This document shows, in pieces, positions 19,058 to 29,735 of a stretch of 64,000 nt of DNA. This DNA is from an archaeon (GTDB taxonomy: Archaea; Asgardarchaeota; Thorarchaeia; Thorarchaeales; Thorarchaeaceae). Numbering within the stretch: position 1 is the stretch's first letter; each line of letters begins with the position of its first letter. The position numbers and the translations under genes were made by a program. The notes below the pieces were generated by a model. It did no database searches. It saw only the letters and a program-made list of their open reading frames with translations, and was not told where the DNA came from. The stretch spans positions 156,535 through 220,534 of the forward strand of contig JAJRWI010000010.1 of assembly GCA_024276825.1 (NCBI GenBank), in the 5' to 3' direction.

Positions 19058-20095
19058 CTAATCATCAGGATCGGTGAGATCGCTCAGTATCCCAAGTAGC
19101 AACACTGCAACTGTAAGTGCTAGCGCAATATTAGAAATCAAAGTTACCCATGGTGTAGATGCACAAATCCCTAATACACCTACTTTCCACAGATCGTACC
19201 ATGCTACCGAGACAATGATATAGTATATGAGAGTAGGAACTAGTGGAACCAATGATGCTATGAATGCAAGTAGGGAAACTCCCCCGTATAACCAGCCGAT
19301 ACACATCACAACGATATTCAAAAGAATAGCAAAATATCCTACAGCCAACATTGCTCCTATATCTCTCACGGTCTCCTTTTCCAATGCCCAGCCCATTCCA
19401 TAACCTGCAAGTAGCGAAACTACAAGGAAAGTGACACCTACACATGCCCAGAATAGCTCGTTTGGACCGAGCTGCCCAACGATATATCCGAGGAGCATTG
19501 GAGGTTTATCTTCCCCACCAAGTAGAGCAACCACCTGTTCATACATCATTGTAAGAACATTCTCGCTGGGTGCAAGCAGGTACGTAACGAATAGACCACC
19601 CAATGTCGCATCTACAACGCCAGTAAATCCAATAACCAATCGATCATCAACATATTGATTAATCTCAGCTGAGTTGCATGCCAGCACGATATCCTTTCCC
19701 GGAGTCATCTCTATTCTGCTACTGAATGCCTTCCACGAGAGCACATGTGACTGAGCAAGAATACTGTCCTCTGAGCCATGGGACACCCACACCACTCTGC
19801 CGACCACCCGGTGCAGGGTCAGCGCATACTCCAGAGACCCATAGTCCACCACTCGCACAGCAGGATCATTCGCCACGATCGTCCTGACCGCAGTGCTCAC
19901 TACACTATCATGATGCATGACCACAACAGTATCTGCAACGACAGGGCTTGACAGTGGTATGACCCAGAGAGGTGACAACATCACGATCATCAGCAGGGCT
20001 GTTTCAAGTCTCAAAAGATTGCAATGCCGACCGACCGACGGACCTAGTCTCACTCGTGCACGCACTGCACAATCAACTATCCCTCCTTCACTCAT
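19058..20095 (-). CDS. exported protein with caspase/CHAT-like His-Cys domain and hydrophobic multi-helix C-terminus
   Basis: Signal/TM, VVWVSHGS ... DIVLACNS ... VIGFTGVVD, then about 140 aa of 4-5 hydrophobic helices. Confidence 0.55.
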   Translation of the reverse strand: MSEGGIVDCAVRARVRLGPSVGRHCNLLRLETALLMIVMLSPLWVIPLSSPVVADTVVVMHHDSVVSTAVRTIVANDPAVRVVDYGSLEYALTLHRVVGRVVWVSHGSEDSILAQSHVLSWKAFSSRIEMTPGKDIVLACNSAEINQYVDDRLVIGFTGVVDATLGGLFVTYLLAPSENVLTMMYEQVVALLGGEDKPPMLLGYIVGQLGPNELFWACVGVTFLVVSLLAGYGMGWALEKETVRDIGAMLAVGYFAILLNIVVMCIGWLYGGVSLLAFIASLVPLVPTLIYYIIVSVAWYDLWKVGVLGICASTPWVTLISNIALALTVAVLLLGILSDLTDPDD

Positions 20096-20189
20096 AAGAG
20101 TTTCTTCTTCAATTTTTTTTTTTAATTATCAAAGGCGTATAAACGTTACTGTTCTTTGAATCCGTCTTAGCTTGATTGATCAATTGATT

Positions 20190-20341
20190 GGCTGCGCGGC
20201 CACTTGACCTAAACACAAAAGTTGACAATCTCTAACGTGAAACTTGGAGAACACAAAATGAAACCGCCGTTTTATCGTGTAATATGCCCAGTACCGTTTC
20301 CTAGAAGTACGGGACTCTGATGTCCAACTTACAATGAACGG
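20190..20341 (+). mobile_element. degenerate IS607-derived MITE-like element (about 152 bp)
   Basis: Clear right end CCAGTACCGTTTCC...GGACTCTGATGTCCAACTTACAATGAACGG; eroded left end TGGCTGCGCG...ACAAAAGTTGACA. Confidence 0.7.
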
Positions 20342-20412
20342 TATCATCTCTCTAGCATCACAGCTCTGAAATGAGGAGCCATGTTCACAATTGATTTAAA
20401 CCAAGCAGTGAT

Positions 20413-21475
20413 TGTGTCCTTGGTCTTGGTCATGGTAAAGAGAATGCATGCTGCAATGTTCCATGATGTTGGAGATGTCAGATACGAAGAAACCGATGTT
20501 CCAGACATAGGTCCCGGCGAGTTGCTGATTAAAATAGGCACTGCATTGACATGCGGTACTGATGTGAAGACCTACAAGAGGGGCCATCCGCTACTATTGC
20601 GGCACACGCCTGCCCTTTTTGGACACGAGTACGCTGGGACTATTGAGAAAGTTGGTGAGGGTGTGAAAGGTTTCCAACTGGGCATGAGAGTTGTAGCGAC
20701 AAATTCAGCCCCTTGTGGCAAATGTTTCTTTTGTAAGAGGGAAAGACCCAACTTGTGTTCCCAATTGAAATCCACGTTTGTCAATGGAGCATTTGCCGAG
20801 TATATTAGGGTGCCAAGACCAGTCGTTGAATGGAACACACATCAGATTCCTGATAACCTATCATTTAGAGATGCTGCATTGACAGAGCCTTTAGCATGTG
20901 TTATACATGGCATTGAGGAGGCAAACATCAGGCTTGGTGATACAGTCGTTGTGATTGGTGCAGGACCCATTGGTCAAATGATGATAATGTTAGCGAAGAA
21001 GGCAGGGGCATCAACTGTTATTGTTTCAGACCTTGCAAAGCTGCGTCGGGACATGGCCAAGCGATCTGGTGCAGATGTAGTGATTGATCCCTTGGTCGAG
21101 AACCCCGTACAACGGGTCAAGGAAGAAACCTCCAGCTATGGTGCAGATGTAGTGATTGAGGCGGTTGGTCTTCCTGTCACGTGGGAACAGGCAGTAGATA
21201 TGACCAGAGATGCAGGTACGACTGTGCTCTTTGGTGGTGCTGCATCAGGCACCAGATTTCAGATTGATACCGTCAGGTTTCATTATGGGCAACTCACAAT
21301 TAAGGGAGTGTTTCATCTCACTCCGAAACATGTTGAGCAGGCATTGAAACTCATCATTGCAGGCGACATCAATCCTGACAACCTGATAACTCATGAGATG
21401 CCTCTTGAGAGGGTGGTCGATGCTTTGGAAATGATGAGTAAGGGTGAGAGTATGAAAGTCGCTATCATCCCATAG
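20413..21475 (+). CDS. zinc-dependent alcohol/sugar dehydrogenase (MDR family)
   Basis: CGTD, GHE, CGKCFFC...C, EPLAC, GAGPIG; start chosen near MVKRMH is uncertain. Confidence 0.9.
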
Positions 21476-21479
21476 AGTA

Positions 21480-21920
21480 TTGAGAGAAGTGAGGGGATTG
21501 ATAAGGAGTAGCAAGAGGCTCAGAGATAATGAGATTGCGCTTATTGAGATGCTTACTAGTATGGATAGAAACTATCAGAATCTTGTGATTATTGTTGAGG
21601 GAAAGAGAGATGAGAGGGTTTTAAGAGACCTCGGAGTGAGTGCCCGCATAATTAGGACACAGAGGGGCAGTAATCGATTGAGCCTGATTGAGGAGATACT
21701 TGAAGCAACTAGTCAGGTGAGCCAGATATTAATCCTGACTGACTTTGATAAAGAGGGAGCTGAACTTGCCAAATTCCTGGAGAGAGAACTTGATCATCAT
21801 AAAGTCATAGTACTAAAACGTCTTCGACTTGAGATAAGGAAGAAAATGGGAAATTGGCGATGCATTGAAGAGCTTGTTGCACTTTTCAAGCGTAAAGACT
21901 CACCTGAACCTGTCAGATGA
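21480..21920 (+). CDS. small Toprim-domain protein
   Basis: IIVEGKRD, ILTDFDKEG. Confidence 0.88.
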   Translation: MREVRGLIRSSKRLRDNEIALIEMLTSMDRNYQNLVIIVEGKRDERVLRDLGVSARIIRTQRGSNRLSLIEEILEATSQVSQILILTDFDKEGAELAKFLERELDHHKVIVLKRLRLEIRKKMGNWRCIEELVALFKRKDSPEPVR

Positions 21921-21925
21921 TATCA

Positions 21926-22939
21926 TCACACAGTGCTTCCGCAGTTGGGACAAATGAACTTGCCCTTAGGAATCTCGTGCCCGCAGACTCTACAAGTTCG
22001 GACCTTCTGAACTCTCATTGTTTCAGCCATGTCATCCTTGTGAGGCTCTAGAATGAAACGCCCATCTTCGAAGCTGATTCTGAACTGTGTTGGGTTGCCT
22101 GCCATCTCAAGCAGGTCGGTGGGCATTGGGAGTCTGTAATTATTGTCGAGGCGAATGATTCGGGTTTCGCCAAGGGTGTCAAGATCGATACCTGCCTGAT
22201 GAAATCCTGATATGATGCCATCTCTGATCTCAATGGTTATGTCAGCCTTTGATGCGACCTGCTGGCTGTGTGTGACTATAAAGAATGATGTACCTAGAGT
22301 TTCATTGAGTTCTTGAAACAGATCAAGGATTCTCTCGGCGGTTTCGGGGTCGAGGTCTCCTGTGGGTTCGTCACACAAGACTACACCCTTGCCCTCGGTA
22401 TCAATCAGGTTCACAAGCGCGCTTGCTATTGCCACCCTGGAACGCTCACCGCCACTGAGTGTTGTGGCTTTGCTTCGCATTCTCTCTTCAAGGCCAACGA
22501 GCCTTATGAGTCTGTCAACGCGATCCTGACGTACTTTCTTGGGAACTCCTGCAATTCGGGCTGCAAGCTCAACATTTTGCCATGCATTCAGATGTGGCAG
22601 AAGATTATTGACTTGAAAGACAAATCCAATGAAGTTTCTTCGAGCCTCTGTGAGTACTCGCTCACTCAGTTTTGTGATATCAGTACGCAGGTTTGCCCAG
22701 TAGACTTTGCCAACTGTTGCTTTGGTAATTCCTCCAATGATATTAGTAAGAGTTGTCTTTCCAGAACCGCTGGGACCAACAACACACATTATCTTGCCCT
22801 CAAGAATCTGCAAAGACACGCCACTCAGTGCCACAGTTTCAATATCATGTGTCTTGTATATCTTGTAGACATCTTCAACGCTGATGACTATATCGTCGGG
22901 GTAATCACCATACAGGTCTAGTTCTTCAGTAGTCACCAT
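21926..22939 (-). CDS. LolD/MacB-type ABC ATPase with C-terminal AbrB-like and zinc-ribbon extension
   Basis: GPSGSGKT, LSGGE, LCDEPTG, VTH; tail RLDNNYRLPMP... then CRVC..CPNCG. Confidence 0.85.
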   Translation of the reverse strand: MVTTEELDLYGDYPDDIVISVEDVYKIYKTHDIETVALSGVSLQILEGKIMCVVGPSGSGKTTLTNIIGGITKATVGKVYWANLRTDITKLSERVLTEARRNFIGFVFQVNNLLPHLNAWQNVELAARIAGVPKKVRQDRVDRLIRLVGLEERMRSKATTLSGGERSRVAIASALVNLIDTEGKGVVLCDEPTGDLDPETAERILDLFQELNETLGTSFFIVTHSQQVASKADITIEIRDGIISGFHQAGIDLDTLGETRIIRLDNNYRLPMPTDLLEMAGNPTQFRISFEDGRFILEPHKDDMAETMRVQKVRTCRVCGHEIPKGKFICPNCGSTV

Positions 22940-23052
22940 TGGAGGCACAATTTGGAGTTTTCTGGCAGAACTTGATAAGGTTATTGGGAAAGGCAACTTT
23001 TCAGGCCAAAAATGACATTAATCAGGATAATTGATTAGAGTCAGGTGTAATA

Positions 23053-23910
23053 ATGAAGATAATCGAGGTGGGCTCGAGAGGCCTGATCTTCGAGTTCGAA
23101 GACCCATACTTGATCAATGTCTATGTAATTATGTGTGAGAATAGAGTCTATATTTGTGACACTTTCTGCGGGCCCGCTTCAATGAGTAAAATCATCGAAC
23201 GCGTTCGTGAAAATGGCTACAAAGACCAACAGATCAGGGTCTTCAACTCACACCATCATTATGACCATATCTGGGGAAACTGTGCCTTTCAGGAGACAAA
23301 AATATTCAGTCATCACAAGTGCAGGGATTTGATTGAAGAAAGGGGGCAGGGAGACCTTGTGGAGTTTAATGAACATAAGAAGGGGGATGTTCGAATTGTC
23401 ATGCCATCAATGACATTCTCTGAGGAGATCATCTTTCATGATGACTGTGTCAAGTTCTTTTATTCACCGGGCCATACTGTTGATTCTGCATCCTGCATGG
23501 ATATGCAAGACAGAGTTCTCTTTGTTGCAGACAATGTGGAAGCCCCAGTTCCGTACCTGTACAATGCAGACTTCGGGACTTATTTGAAAACATTAGAACG
23601 ATACAATGAAACAGACTGGGACTATATGCTGTCTAGCCATGATCACCTGATGCATGATGACGTGCTCTTGCGGCAGAACATGAAATATCTAAATGATCTG
23701 CTACGATGGGATGTTTCAATCAATGAGTTCTCTGAACGGGCCATTGCAACACATGTCATGAATCTTATAGAGATTGCTAGCGAACTCAACATTGAGTCAG
23801 ACTCGATAATTAAGCATCATTATGCGAGAGTTCTGGAGTTTGTAAGAGCTGATGAGATGAGGGCAGTTCCTGACCAACTTGTTGCCAAGTTGAGCCAGTT
23901 GTTGAACTGA
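23053..23910 (+). CDS. metallo-beta-lactamase-fold hydrolase
   Basis: SHHHYDHIWG, PGHT, ADN, SSH. Confidence 0.85.
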   Translation: MKIIEVGSRGLIFEFEDPYLINVYVIMCENRVYICDTFCGPASMSKIIERVRENGYKDQQIRVFNSHHHYDHIWGNCAFQETKIFSHHKCRDLIEERGQGDLVEFNEHKKGDVRIVMPSMTFSEEIIFHDDCVKFFYSPGHTVDSASCMDMQDRVLFVADNVEAPVPYLYNADFGTYLKTLERYNETDWDYMLSSHDHLMHDDVLLRQNMKYLNDLLRWDVSINEFSERAIATHVMNLIEIASELNIESDSIIKHHYARVLEFVRADEMRAVPDQLVAKLSQLLN

Positions 23911-23914
23911 GGTC

Positions 23915-26821
23915 TTAGAGATTTCTCAACGCAGTCGCAGGGTTGATTGAACCAGCCCTCACAGCAGGCAAATAACAACTTGCAATCATCACAATGCCCT
24001 CAAGGATGATGAGAATGAACATCGTGGTGAGAGGCATGTAGAACACTTCTGTCAGCACGGGTGAGAATGGTGAGATTCCAAAGGTGAGAATGCTCATAGA
24101 GTATCCAAAGGCTACACCGAGAAGCAAACTTATCCCAATGGCCGCCACGACAATTCCTGCAAACTCGCCAAATACCATGGATATCACTTGTTTCTTCGTA
24201 CCGCCAATTGCCCTGAAGATTGCATACTCTGTCTGCCGTTCAAGAACTGCAGAACCCAGAAACAGAGCCAGAGCCAATAGACCCATCACGGTGCACATGA
24301 CAAAGGAGATGATTGTGAGTCCCTGAATACCGGAGAGAAATAGATGAATGGCATAAGACTGTGTTGCAAGATCAAATGTGTCAGCAGTGTAAACTGTTAC
24401 GCTTCGTTGTGTTTCAAGAGACTCTATCACTGGATTGAGATCAACAAATGACACAGTCTTTACTAGAAATAGATCGGCGGTTTCAATCTGGGTCACACTC
24501 ATGAGAAAGTCAAGGTTGACCAATGCAAAACCACTAAGGCCTGCCTGAAATCCGAACTGAGATGCAAATGATGCTCCTGCAATGTCTTTTGTTGAGGCGA
24601 CTCCAAAACCAGGGGCGCTTTTCATGACTCCAACAATCTCAAAGGTTCCCAGGCGAGACCCATTTGCTGTCCCGTAATAGACATTGATCTGCTCGCCAAT
24701 TGAAATATTCCAGAGTGTGGAGAAATAATCGCTGATAAGAATACCATTGCTCTTGTTTTGAAGAGCAGTCAATACCTGTTCAGGTGTACCACTCACAAAA
24801 GACTCGGGTCTGAAATCACCAATGTCTAAATAACTTGACGGGTCAACCCCTTCCAGAAAGAAAGACTCCGACCCCACTTGAGCCCAGGTTTCAATCACGG
24901 GGGTGGCCTTGAGTATTCCAGGATACTTCAGAAGGGTCTTGTTGAAGTCAAGAGGCCGGGCATCACATTCTATTCTCATATCTGCACCAATAGCATAGCG
25001 AAGTTCATTGTTGAGTGTGGCCTCATAACTTGATGTCTGAATCAACATCATTGTTGTGGTTGTGAGTGTCAGTGTCAATATCACAAGCAGAGGAATAAAC
25101 TGCCCCTTCCTCTTCTTAAGACTCTGGCTCAGATAAAGGCTCTTTTCGCCAATGATGAAGTTCGTGCCTCTTGAGAGACGAGAAGTGACACGACGCATTA
25201 CGCGTGAACCAAGATATGAAGCGATAAACAATATCAAGGTTGCAATTAGTATCTCAATTATTGCAAAGAATCCCAAGGGAAGGATGACTTTGGGCAATAT
25301 GAGAAGGAAGCTCAGGATAATGGCCAGTCCCACAACATATCCAATGACTCCTGTTTCCTCGGCACCAGAGTCTTGATATGCAGTCATCGGTTGACCGACC
25401 TCTGACACATCAATTTGCCTAGCAACATGGAGAAGATAGGCTGCTGGGAGATACATTGCTATCGCTGCAGCAATGACTATTGACAGAGGAGGAATTGACA
25501 AATGGGCCAAATACTGGAGATAGTCATTAATGTTGAACAAGAATATGCCCCTAGTGGCACCGATCATTGGTGCCATTATCAATGCCAAAAACAGGCCCAC
25601 AATGAAGCCAAGAAGTCCAAGTATTAGCGATTCCCACATGAATGTGGCAAATATTTGATTGAAAGATGCTCCCTTTGACCTGAGTGATGAGATTTCCCCC
25701 TTTCTTCTAAGAACCGATGTTTCAGACGTAAAGACTGTCAGCATAAGGCTCATTATTAGAACAGGAAACACAATGATTGTTAGAATCTGACTGTTCAGAT
25801 ATGTCTGAACACTGGCTTCGAGGCTCCAGATGTCTTCAACTCCTTGAATTATGAACTTGGGATACTGCTCCTCCATCTGCGCTTTGAACGCCAACAGGTT
25901 CTGTCCAATGTATCGAGAGCCAGCATCAATCAATGCATCTTTTGAGGCTCGAATGAATACTGCTGAATTGAAGTAGCCCCGAGTTCTGATCTCCGCCACA
26001 TTCTCAGAACCCATATCATCCACAAGAAGCATTACAGAGTCCTCAATGCCGAGAACAGGGGTGGGATAATCAAAGGGGTCCCAGTTCTTCCTTGACATGG
26101 ATGGAAAGCCCTGACCAATCTTGCTCCTAAGATCATTGATCTGATAGATTCCTGCAATTGTTAGGTTTTTCAGGCGGGTTGCTTTTGTTGAACTGGGAGT
26201 TCCTTCAACAGTAGACCGTGGTTTATGCATCAGAACATCCAGATCAATGACTGAGCCCACATTCAAGACAACATGATGTACCTCTTGGGTAGATTCAATA
26301 AAACTTCTTGAAACGAGAACTTGGCCTGTTTTTAGGGAGAAGTTGCCCTCATATGTGAACTCATGAGACCAGTTCCCAAGGATAGTGGGGGTGACGAATA
26401 TAACGCGTCCATCCTTTATTCCCTTTGCATAGTTCAAATCATTGATGTCATACTGTGTCCAATTATCTATTTCATTGCCCATCAGTATCCCGACGGTTGA
26501 CGTGACCTCATCCAGATATTCAACAAATGGGTGTTCATTGATTGTTGTGAGTAGATTATCATATTCTGCTTGGGTATATAGAGCATCTGGCTTGGGAATC
26601 AGGGACATTTGATACAAAGAGTCTGTGAAGTACTGATCAATAACCAATTCGCTACCTGTATTGGACCAGACAAAGACTGTTGTGGGCAATGCAACACTTA
26701 TTGCCAGTACAAGCATTATTCCAAGATTTCGCGTGGGATAGTTCTTTATCGATGTTAATGCATAGGCCAATGCCCACCAAGGGTTGCCCTTGAGTATCTT
26801 TGCGTCTTTCTTGGTCATCAT
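23915..26821 (-). CDS. FtsX/MacB-like ABC permease (duplicated domain)
   Basis: RRKGEISSLRSKGAS, ERQTEYAIFRAIG, PAVRAGSINPATALR. Confidence 0.9.
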   Translation of the reverse strand: MMTKKDAKILKGNPWWALAYALTSIKNYPTRNLGIMLVLAISVALPTTVFVWSNTGSELVIDQYFTDSLYQMSLIPKPDALYTQAEYDNLLTTINEHPFVEYLDEVTSTVGILMGNEIDNWTQYDINDLNYAKGIKDGRVIFVTPTILGNWSHEFTYEGNFSLKTGQVLVSRSFIESTQEVHHVVLNVGSVIDLDVLMHKPRSTVEGTPSSTKATRLKNLTIAGIYQINDLRSKIGQGFPSMSRKNWDPFDYPTPVLGIEDSVMLLVDDMGSENVAEIRTRGYFNSAVFIRASKDALIDAGSRYIGQNLLAFKAQMEEQYPKFIIQGVEDIWSLEASVQTYLNSQILTIIVFPVLIMSLMLTVFTSETSVLRRKGEISSLRSKGASFNQIFATFMWESLILGLLGFIVGLFLALIMAPMIGATRGIFLFNINDYLQYLAHLSIPPLSIVIAAAIAMYLPAAYLLHVARQIDVSEVGQPMTAYQDSGAEETGVIGYVVGLAIILSFLLILPKVILPLGFFAIIEILIATLILFIASYLGSRVMRRVTSRLSRGTNFIIGEKSLYLSQSLKKRKGQFIPLLVILTLTLTTTTMMLIQTSSYEATLNNELRYAIGADMRIECDARPLDFNKTLLKYPGILKATPVIETWAQVGSESFFLEGVDPSSYLDIGDFRPESFVSGTPEQVLTALQNKSNGILISDYFSTLWNISIGEQINVYYGTANGSRLGTFEIVGVMKSAPGFGVASTKDIAGASFASQFGFQAGLSGFALVNLDFLMSVTQIETADLFLVKTVSFVDLNPVIESLETQRSVTVYTADTFDLATQSYAIHLFLSGIQGLTIISFVMCTVMGLLALALFLGSAVLERQTEYAIFRAIGGTKKQVISMVFGEFAGIVVAAIGISLLLGVAFGYSMSILTFGISPFSPVLTEVFYMPLTTMFILIILEGIVMIASCYLPAVRAGSINPATALRNL

Positions 26822-26828
26822 TATTACC

Positions 26829-29735
26829 TCACAGATTTCTCAGGACTATCGCAGGATCGGTCTTTGATGCTGTTCTTGCTGGGAAATAAGTCCCGAGTAT
26901 CATGGCAAACACTTCAATCAGCAGAATTGTTGTGAGAAATCCAATTGGAAAGGATATTGCGGCTGGGAGTGTTCTTGCAAATGGACTCATCGAGAAAATA
27001 ACCACACTCATTAAGAACCCAAACAGGGTTCCAAGGACTAGGCTTAGAGTGAGTGATGCAAATACAATGCCTGAGAATTCAGACATCACGAGTCTGACTA
27101 ATTGCTTCTTTGAACTGCCAACGGCCCTGAGGATTGCATAGTCGCGTTTTCTTTCAGCAACAATCGAACCCAAGAATAGTGTCAGAGCAAACATGCTAAG
27201 AATAAGAGACATTGCAAAGCCTATAGAGAAGAGCCCTTCGACCGTGCTTAGAAAGAGCGCGGTCCCAAATGAGAATCCGCTTAGATTAAATGATTCAGGA
27301 GTCACTGCGGACACCCCAGGGATGTCGCGAAGTGCTCTGAGAATAAGTTCGTGATCGGTCACGCACACAAGGTCTGCAAAGAACAATCTAGCAGTGGTTA
27401 TGTCAGTCTGGGCGGAAATAAAGTCCAAGTTTGCAATTGCAAACCCCGAGTATTTGGCCTGGAATCCAAAGGCAGGACCAAGCATTGAGGGAGGAATATC
27501 ATCAGCAGATGCATAGCCGAAGCCAGGTGCACTGTACACTAGGCCAACAATCTCAAAGGACACTACAACCGAAGAGAAGCGACCACCAACAACAAGATTG
27601 AGTGTATCGCCCACAGTTTTATTCAAGCGTGCTGCATGGGTCGCACTGATGAGAATGCCGTTCTCAACAGAGTCGAGTCTTGAGAGAACAAATGATGAGT
27701 CTTCGCCATAGAAGCTTGTCGTGTCAAAATTGCCAATTAATGAGTATTCTATCACATCAGTAGCAACAAGAGTCAGTCGTTCAGTACCGACTTGAGCCCA
27801 AGTCTGTATAGCTGGTACAGCTCTGTTAATTCCAGGATAGCTCTCTAGTGTATCATTAAATGAGAATGGTTTGGGTTGCCCACCCACGCGAAGATCAGCC
27901 CCGATTGCATATCGAATCTCTTTGTTAAGGTCAGCCTGATAGCTTTGAGCCTGAACCGTGAAAGCAATAGTAGAGGAAAGGGTCAGAGACAGCACCACCA
28001 TTAGTGGAACGATTCGCCCCTTACGCATCCTGAGATTTCCAGCGGCAATTAGGTTCTTCTCACCAAGAATGAATGACAGCCGACTTGTGAGTTTAGAGAA
28101 CCCAACTCTCACAACACGTGAGCCATTATAAGCAAAGAAGAACCAAGAGGCAGTCCCAAAGACTAGTTCGAATATCATCAGAATGGGGTCACTTGGCAAG
28201 AAAATAACAGCGCCCAGAACCATCGAGAAGAGAACAAGGCTAGCACCAATTGTGAATCCATACGCTTGACCACCCATGGTCACAGGATCCGAGGTTTCCA
28301 TGAGTGTAGAGCCAATCTCGGTTCTGGCCGCACGCCGCGCAGAGTTGAGAATGAAGAGGAGGGGGGGCATAATACAGAGCAAAATGCTTGCAACAATGGT
28401 TGATGGTTTCAACACTGTATTCTCGAGATAGAATGAGTAGGTTTCCCAATTGAAGATCATGAATGACTCCGCTGAGGGTATGAGTGCGGCAAACATTATG
28501 CTAAGGAACAGGCCCAGAATCAGACTAATAACTGCCATGAACAGGGACTCTGAGAAGAATATCGCATATATCTGAGTCGAACTTGCGCCCTTCGACCTCA
28601 GAGCGCTTACTTCGGTCTTTCTTGCAGCCATGAATGTGTCAGCTGCAAATACTGATAGGAATAATGCAAGAATGAAAATTGGCAAGTTTAACAGGGCAAG
28701 GGGCATGGTCGAAACATATGTGTCGATAAGACTCTGCAAATAGAGTATTTCATTCAGCCCATCAACTGTCACATCATATTTCTCTTCTATTCGGGCTTTC
28801 AATGTGAGAAGGTTGTCAGATATTTTATCAACACCCAGACTGATCAGGGCAGATGATGAAGCACGTATAAATGAACGTGCGCCAAAAAAGCCCACTTGAG
28901 GCAGCTGTGAGAGATCAAGACCCTTGGACAGGACCATGACACTGTCCCTGATGCCCAAAACAGGAGTGTCAAAATTCACGAAGTCATAGTTTGAACGAAG
29001 TCTTGAGGGGAATGCCGACTCAATGAGCGAGCTGTATTCAGCCAGATCATAGATACCAACAACCCTCAATGAGTTCAGACTGTGGCGGCCCATATTTCCA
29101 ATCTGTCCAGTGACGCTGGTTGGACGGCGCATTAATAACTCAATGTCAATGGTTGAGTTTATTGTCACAGTAAGCCCAAAGACTTCATGATAGAGTTCAA
29201 CAAATTGGGATGACACGAGAACCTGTCCTGTTTCAAGTTGAAATGAACCAGTGACCTCAAACTCGGGCTGAATGACTTTGAGAAACTCATTATTCACAAA
29301 TACTACTTCGCAGTCCTTTAGTCCGTCAGTATAAATGGGCTCATCAAGACCGTATATAGTCTCATCAGGGAGGCTTGTGCCTGCAACAAGCCCAACAGTT
29401 GAGTTTACCCGATAGACACTTTCAATGAACTCAACATCAGCGGCATAGTTATGGGCCAAGTCCACTTGAGAAGTCCCACCAGGCGGATTCATTATTAACA
29501 TCTGAAAGGCATTAGTTTCAAAATAGCCATCTACACTGACCTGAACTCCAGTGTCAGCCCAGATGAAGACTGAAGAAATCAAAGCCACACCAAGGCTGAG
29601 GGTGAGTGCCAGACTCAGAGCTCTGAAGGGGTATGACTTCATAGAACTCAAAGAGTATGAAAAGGCATAGAGCTTGTTACCCTTTGTGAACTCCTTCACA
29701 GGACGCCCCCGTTTGCCCAAGCGCTCACCCCTCAA
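26829..29735 (-). CDS. FtsX/MacB-like ABC permease (paralog)
   Basis: RKTEVSALRSKGAS, ERKRDYAILRAVG, PARTASKTDPAIVLR. Confidence 0.9.
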   Translation of the reverse strand: MRGERLGKRGRPVKEFTKGNKLYAFSYSLSSMKSYPFRALSLALTLSLGVALISSVFIWADTGVQVSVDGYFETNAFQMLIMNPPGGTSQVDLAHNYAADVEFIESVYRVNSTVGLVAGTSLPDETIYGLDEPIYTDGLKDCEVVFVNNEFLKVIQPEFEVTGSFQLETGQVLVSSQFVELYHEVFGLTVTINSTIDIELLMRRPTSVTGQIGNMGRHSLNSLRVVGIYDLAEYSSLIESAFPSRLRSNYDFVNFDTPVLGIRDSVMVLSKGLDLSQLPQVGFFGARSFIRASSSALISLGVDKISDNLLTLKARIEEKYDVTVDGLNEILYLQSLIDTYVSTMPLALLNLPIFILALFLSVFAADTFMAARKTEVSALRSKGASSTQIYAIFFSESLFMAVISLILGLFLSIMFAALIPSAESFMIFNWETYSFYLENTVLKPSTIVASILLCIMPPLLFILNSARRAARTEIGSTLMETSDPVTMGGQAYGFTIGASLVLFSMVLGAVIFLPSDPILMIFELVFGTASWFFFAYNGSRVVRVGFSKLTSRLSFILGEKNLIAAGNLRMRKGRIVPLMVVLSLTLSSTIAFTVQAQSYQADLNKEIRYAIGADLRVGGQPKPFSFNDTLESYPGINRAVPAIQTWAQVGTERLTLVATDVIEYSLIGNFDTTSFYGEDSSFVLSRLDSVENGILISATHAARLNKTVGDTLNLVVGGRFSSVVVSFEIVGLVYSAPGFGYASADDIPPSMLGPAFGFQAKYSGFAIANLDFISAQTDITTARLFFADLVCVTDHELILRALRDIPGVSAVTPESFNLSGFSFGTALFLSTVEGLFSIGFAMSLILSMFALTLFLGSIVAERKRDYAILRAVGSSKKQLVRLVMSEFSGIVFASLTLSLVLGTLFGFLMSVVIFSMSPFARTLPAAISFPIGFLTTILLIEVFAMILGTYFPARTASKTDPAIVLRNL

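Noticed and set aside
19037-19060. Second amber readthrough at the end of 19058-20095 (DD*ATTFFG*)
   Set aside because: It would add only a few residues and there is no homology evidence in the window.
13637-20341. Integrative element at tRNA-His
   Set aside because: The region looks accessory, but I found no integrase and no duplicate of the tRNA 3' end.
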